From: Nitrosopumilaceae archaeon
Lineage (GTDB): Archaea > Thermoproteota > Nitrososphaeria > Nitrososphaerales > Nitrosopumilaceae
Direction: 5' to 3'
Length of the DNA: 64,000 bases
Assembly (NCBI GenBank): GCA_965207375.1
Contig: OZ242274.1
Coordinates: 1,568,001 to 1,632,000 of the forward strand
This document shows positions 59,664 through 64,000 of the stretch, piece after piece (position 1 is the stretch's first letter; each line of letters starts with the position of its first letter). A program made the translations under genes and the position numbers. The notes beneath the pieces were generated by a model. That model was not told where the DNA came from, ran no database searches, and saw nothing but the letters and a program-made list of their open reading frames with translations.

Positions 59664-62561
59664 ATGAAAAAAACACAACGACTGCAATTATCACCATCAT
59701 TGTTCATAGCCACATTTACAGTTGCACTTCTTGTAATGGCACCATTTGTGTATGAAAACGAGGCATTTGCATTACACAAAGGAGTTCACGATCTTGACCA
59801 CCCGTATATACCACAGGTTGACACTAATGGAAATTTTTATGATATTTATCTTGATCTTGAGACACGCCAAATTGTGTTTTACATAGACAGACACACCAAT
59901 AATTATCTCCATGCTGATCATGTATACATTCAACCTTCGAATTCTCCAAAATATTACATACCTGACTATTCCTATGTTGCATCCATATCTGGAAATTGGA
60001 CAAAATATACGCTTACCTTGTCAAGTGAAGTGGCCCAAAAGATATCGACAATGTATGATGAATCAAAAGCCAAAGGCTCCCAACCGGCGTTTGGAATTAA
60101 AAAAGGAGGCATATCTTATTATGATGAGGAACTTGGTATAATTAATAGAAATCCCGAAGTGCAACACGGACTAGAGGTGGTAAATGTCCTTGACCGCACG
60201 CCTCACATAACACTTGGTGGTGAGAAAATAATTATTCTAGAACAGTGGGATACATATTCTGATACCGACACTATCTGTACTGACAAAGATGACATGTATC
60301 CTGTATTTAGTCACAATGCTAGTACTGCCAATATGGGCCGTTTTGTAGTGGCATATACGTGCATCGATGACTCTGGAAATATGGCAGAACCGGCATACAA
60401 AACACTTTATGTCAATGCTAAAAGCCCACCAACAATCATAGTGCCATCAACACCACTCAAAACAATTGAAGGTACAGAACTAGTATACCAAATAAAATCC
60501 GACAGTTCCTCTGCAAAGTTTTACATTGTATCGCACAATGTTAGCTCTCAAGCAGGGCATGACCCTACCCTTACCACACAAGGTAAGCTGTCGTGGACTC
60601 CTTCTGAGAGTCATGGTAGACATGCAGATAATGTTTACCGCATAACAGTAAATGCAATTGATGCACACAGTAATGTGTCGCCGTCTAGGGACATATTTGT
60701 CATTGTAGCAGAAGAGAATTCTGCACCTAGAATCACATCATTTGACGAGATCAATGTTACACATGGCACAGATATATCTATTGACGTATCTACACATGTA
60801 AAAGATGATGATATCCCAAAAAATACAATTACATATTCAAAGGAGGGAGTAGGAAAGATTGACTCAGATACAGGTGTATTTACATGGATGACACAAGAAT
60901 CAGATGCAGGAACATATCATGTAAAATTTACAGTATCAGATGGTACGGTTAAAGTCAGCAAGATACAGACAATCATAGTTCGAGATATCACACCTCCAGT
61001 AATTCGTCCAATATCTGATATTACCATATCTGGCGACCTGCCTGCATCTGTAAAATTCCCACCATTTAATGCCATAGATGCTGTAGATGGTCCAGTTAAA
61101 GTAACGTGCACGCCAGCATCAGATTCATCATTTACTAAAGATGTCACTCTAGTCACATGTACTGCCACCGATACAGCAGGAAATGATGCTGACCCAGTCA
61201 TGTTTAGTGTTATGATTGTACCTGTACCAGACATTGAACCACCCACAATAATCCCAACTAAAATCCAAACATTAGAGGCGATAGACACTACATTAGTAAC
61301 AATTCCACTGCCCACCATAACAGACAATGTAGATGAGATAAATGACATATTACTTGAGATTAACATCACCGATGGCTATCACAAAATCTCATCTGATTTA
61401 ATATCGCATTCTTTTACAGTTGGAAATCATACCATTTATTGGCGCGCAACTGACACGGCTAATAATACTGCAATTGCAACACAGTTCATTAATGTCACGT
61501 CCCCAGTAATTGTCCCCATATCAGATGATGATATAACGCCTCCTTTGCCGCAAATATTCACAGGCGATGTGTTATCTAATGTTAATGGAACCTCCAATAT
61601 GGATACTAGACTGAACAATCTCAATGCAGAATATAAGCAATTAACTGAAACTGTTAAAAAATTAAAAAAAGATGTCACAAAATTAAAAGCTAAAATTGAC
61701 ACAACCTTTGACAATATTGCCGATTCAGATCAAAAATACAACAAACAGGAAAAAAAGATACAATCGCTTGAAAAAACTCTAGATAAACTACGGACACAAA
61801 AGGAGATGAAAAAAGAACTTTACAAATTTTATACAAATTCTGAACTTGTGTTTAAAAAGCACGGTGTAGATGCTGCCACAGACAACCACAGGTTGGTGCT
61901 TTTGTCTAGTCATGATTCATCTTGTAATATAGATTCTGAAAATAAACCGTGTTTTGCACAGTCAATTTACATTAATCAGAATCGTGAAAATTCAATGGTA
62001 CTAAAGAATATACGAAATCTTGATTCTTGGCCTAATCGTACCATCTATGTTGGTGATACCTTTGAGTGGACATACAATACAGCAAACTACAATATCAGTT
62101 CAATAGATATCATAGACTCTAATGGATTGAGAACAAGTACCTCGCCCAATTATGACAATTCTGTATTTGACTTTACATCTCAAATCCACGCATTCAATGT
62201 ATCAGGCGTATTTAATTGGAGCATGAGTGAATACCCATCAATACACGGAACCATAAGAGTAATAGATCTGCCTCTATTACAAGCATTGCACGAAGATGAT
62301 GACTCAAATGTGCAAGAAACAACAAAAATTGAAAATCTTGAGAAAAAAATTACTGTAAAGATCAAAAAGATTGAATCATTAAAAGATACCAAAAAAGATC
62401 TTCGACAGATCCTTGATAGTGCAAAGCGTGGTGAATATACACTAGAGGATCTTCGCACGATGAACAATGCAGAGATAAAAGAATTGTCAAAAACTACAAA
62501 GCATGTAAAAAACAAAATAATTGGATTTAATGATAAATTAAAGCCATACCTACATCCGTGA
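59664..62561 (+). CDS. Large secreted or surface protein: Ig-like/cadherin/HYR domains, coiled coils, cupredoxin-like insert
   Basis: Signal peptide (AFA), DxTPPVI and ATDTAGN HYR-type motifs, FTWMT..SDAGTY, Lys-rich heptads. Confidence 0.8.
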   Translation: MKKTQRLQLSPSLFIATFTVALLVMAPFVYENEAFALHKGVHDLDHPYIPQVDTNGNFYDIYLDLETRQIVFYIDRHTNNYLHADHVYIQPSNSPKYYIPDYSYVASISGNWTKYTLTLSSEVAQKISTMYDESKAKGSQPAFGIKKGGISYYDEELGIINRNPEVQHGLEVVNVLDRTPHITLGGEKIIILEQWDTYSDTDTICTDKDDMYPVFSHNASTANMGRFVVAYTCIDDSGNMAEPAYKTLYVNAKSPPTIIVPSTPLKTIEGTELVYQIKSDSSSAKFYIVSHNVSSQAGHDPTLTTQGKLSWTPSESHGRHADNVYRITVNAIDAHSNVSPSRDIFVIVAEENSAPRITSFDEINVTHGTDISIDVSTHVKDDDIPKNTITYSKEGVGKIDSDTGVFTWMTQESDAGTYHVKFTVSDGTVKVSKIQTIIVRDITPPVIRPISDITISGDLPASVKFPPFNAIDAVDGPVKVTCTPASDSSFTKDVTLVTCTATDTAGNDADPVMFSVMIVPVPDIEPPTIIPTKIQTLEAIDTTLVTIPLPTITDNVDEINDILLEINITDGYHKISSDLISHSFTVGNHTIYWRATDTANNTAIATQFINVTSPVIVPISDDDITPPLPQIFTGDVLSNVNGTSNMDTRLNNLNAEYKQLTETVKKLKKDVTKLKAKIDTTFDNIADSDQKYNKQEKKIQSLEKTLDKLRTQKEMKKELYKFYTNSELVFKKHGVDAATDNHRLVLLSSHDSSCNIDSENKPCFAQSIYINQNRENSMVLKNIRNLDSWPNRTIYVGDTFEWTYNTANYNISSIDIIDSNGLRTSTSPNYDNSVFDFTSQIHAFNVSGVFNWSMSEYPSIHGTIRVIDLPLLQALHEDDDSNVQETTKIENLEKKITVKIKKIESLKDTKKDLRQILDSAKRGEYTLEDLRTMNNAEIKELSKTTKHVKNKIIGFNDKLKPYLHP

Positions 62562-62599
62562 TAATTATTCTGAAATTAATTATTGACAAAATTCAATAG

Positions 62600-62770
62600 G
62601 TGGAAAATGGTTGCCTTGATTACTTTTTATGTAGACTGTTGACAGAACCAACAAGCATGACGTGGAGAGGATTGTGTATTCACAAGCTGCGAGGCAGTAT
62701 AGAGATCGTCTTTGGCAAATTGTAGCTAATCTAAAGCCTCTTTCTGTATATCAAAATCATGACTGCTCAT
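62600..62770 (-). pseudogene. HEPN-domain protein remnant
   Basis: MSSHDFDIQKEALD*LQFAKDDLYTA...RHACWFCQQST*K, with stops at the conserved W and E positions of the HEPN QQxxEK motif; truncated. Confidence 0.75.
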
Positions 62771-63074
62771 ACAACATTCTCCCATCACGAAGTGCGGCAT
62801 GGATTAAAGTACCAACTATGTATCGTTTGCGGTTTATCTCATCGGTGGTAACTATCACTATATCCTTGCTTATGAACAAATCCTTTAACAATCGTTGTAT
62901 CTCAATTGCAGTTTGGTGCTTGTCTGAGATTTTGTTCATTATGATCATTAAATCTACATCACTCCATTTCCTAGCGTCACTACGTGCCTGAGATCCGAAG
63001 AGCAAGATGCCTACAGGATCTAACCTCTTGACAATACGATCCACCATTATAGAGAGCATATCAGTAGTCATCAT
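62757..63074 (-). CDS. Minimal nucleotidyltransferase (MNT) antitoxin
   Basis: LFGSQAR..A...SDVDL motif. Confidence 0.88.
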   Translation of the reverse strand: MMTTDMLSIMVDRIVKRLDPVGILLFGSQARSDARKWSDVDLMIIMNKISDKHQTAIEIQRLLKDLFISKDIVIVTTDEINRKRYIVGTLIHAALRDGRMLYEQS

Positions 63075-63435
63075 ATGGTTTCATCCTCGTCATTAGTTAA
63101 TACTATAACAATAACACTAGTTAATTTTTGTAGATTCATACTATATCTTGTCTTTAGTATAGGTATTTGCTATTATAAATAAGATGTAACACTTTGTTCT
63201 GATTCTCCAGCGTTATCTGTTGGTCAAAGTCGATATGCAAATTTTCTCCGGATTACCCGTGCCTAAAATTTCTTCAATTGCAGCATAATTTGCTTTTGTA
63301 CAGGTAAAAGAGATCAAAAATTTAACCATTTTTTGTAACTGTTTCGCTTTTTGAAGATCTCTCAGATAGTCATGCGCAACATCCCCTATCATTTGCAATT
63401 TGCCATTACTCAGGATATAATATACAGAAATAATG

Positions 63436-63640
63436 CTATCCTGGACTGTAGGAATTTCGTAAAATGTCATAAAAGATTGCATCTTGAATCTTGCTAGTTG
63501 TCAGTATGGTAAACAGTATGGAATTGGCCTCCATGCTTGCAGCAGAACGGTTCCCGCCTCCATTGTGCCGTATTGATACAAAACGCCGGTTCATTCTCTC
63601 CACTGTATTGTCAGGTTCTACCACGGTACATTTAGGGCCA
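63436..63640 (-). pseudogene. IS66-type transposase C-terminal relic, distinct from the intact copy
   Basis: VEPDNTVERMNRRFV.IR...GGNRS...LFTILTT. Confidence 0.65.
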
Positions 63641-63769
63641 AAAGTGCTCAAAAACTGATAGAGCAAGTATCTCACAAATATCAGGTACAAATCTTTGTTT
63701 TTTGTGTTAAAACAACAACGACAAAATCAAGAACAATCATTTTTTAATGAAGTAATACAAAACAATATC

Positions 63770-64000
63770 ATGGGAGAACCTTTAGCATTTGTAGACCCAA
63801 AAAAGGATCCAAAACACTATATCGCAAGATACCTAAATGAGCCAAATTACAAGGCATGGTTTGATCGTAACTATCCAAATTATACCATATACCAAGGAAT
63901 TGGAATTTCTGAAGAGCAATTCCACAATATTGTAAATCAATTAACTGAGATAGACATTCCAGAAAAAGATACATCAAAAGAAGGATTGACAAAATTAAAA
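63770..64000 (+). CDS. 5' part of a gene with the thaumarchaeal FVDP.KDP..Y..RY..EP.YK.WFD.NYP domain (runs off the window)
   Basis: MGEPLAFVDPKKDPKHYIARYLNEPNYKAWFDRNYPNYTIY. Confidence 0.7.
   Translation, partial: MGEPLAFVDPKKDPKHYIARYLNEPNYKAWFDRNYPNYTIYQGIGISEEQFHNIVNQLTEIDIPEKDTSKEGLTKLK

Noticed and set aside
393-62991. The many short antisense ORFs in the six-frame track
   Set aside because: They are shadows of well-supported genes on the opposite strand.
63213-63482. 89-aa ORF as a real gene
   Set aside because: It is a composite of an IS66 relic end and repeat family D, with no recognisable motif.

Overview
AT-rich window from an ammonia-oxidising archaeon (Nitrosopumilaceae/Nitrososphaerota). 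This is supported by a eukaryote-like topoisomerase IB, the 3-hydroxypropionyl-CoA synthetase/dehydratase pair of the HP/HB carbon-fixation cycle, archaeal DnaG, RibK, a proteasome alpha subunit and an intron-containing tRNA-Met. The housekeeping backbone is repeatedly interrupted by accessory DNA: two intact IS elements (IS66 with 8-bp TSD, IS481 with 15-bp TSD), several transposase relics, at least four families of short MITE-like repeats, a decayed ScaI-type restriction-modification system, five toxin-antitoxin-like modules and a large Ig/HYR surface protein. This profile resembles host-associated (e.g. sponge-symbiont) AOA, which is an inference. Most notable: (i) a Doc/Fic-TPR fusion gene split by IS66, with an upstream putative antitoxin carrying a tandem repeat; (ii) nearly every toxin or nuclease is broken while the antitoxins stay intact, and the one intact toxin sits between two MITE copies; (iii) a CarH-like B12-binding protein with a non-MerR N-terminus coupled to an unannotated Zn-finger microprotein; (iv) an orphan SNF2 helicase with an apparently dead DUF3883 nuclease next to a SWIM protein; (v) two similar GC-rich intergenic elements that may be a small-RNA family. 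All family assignments come from motif recognition by eye, not database searches.
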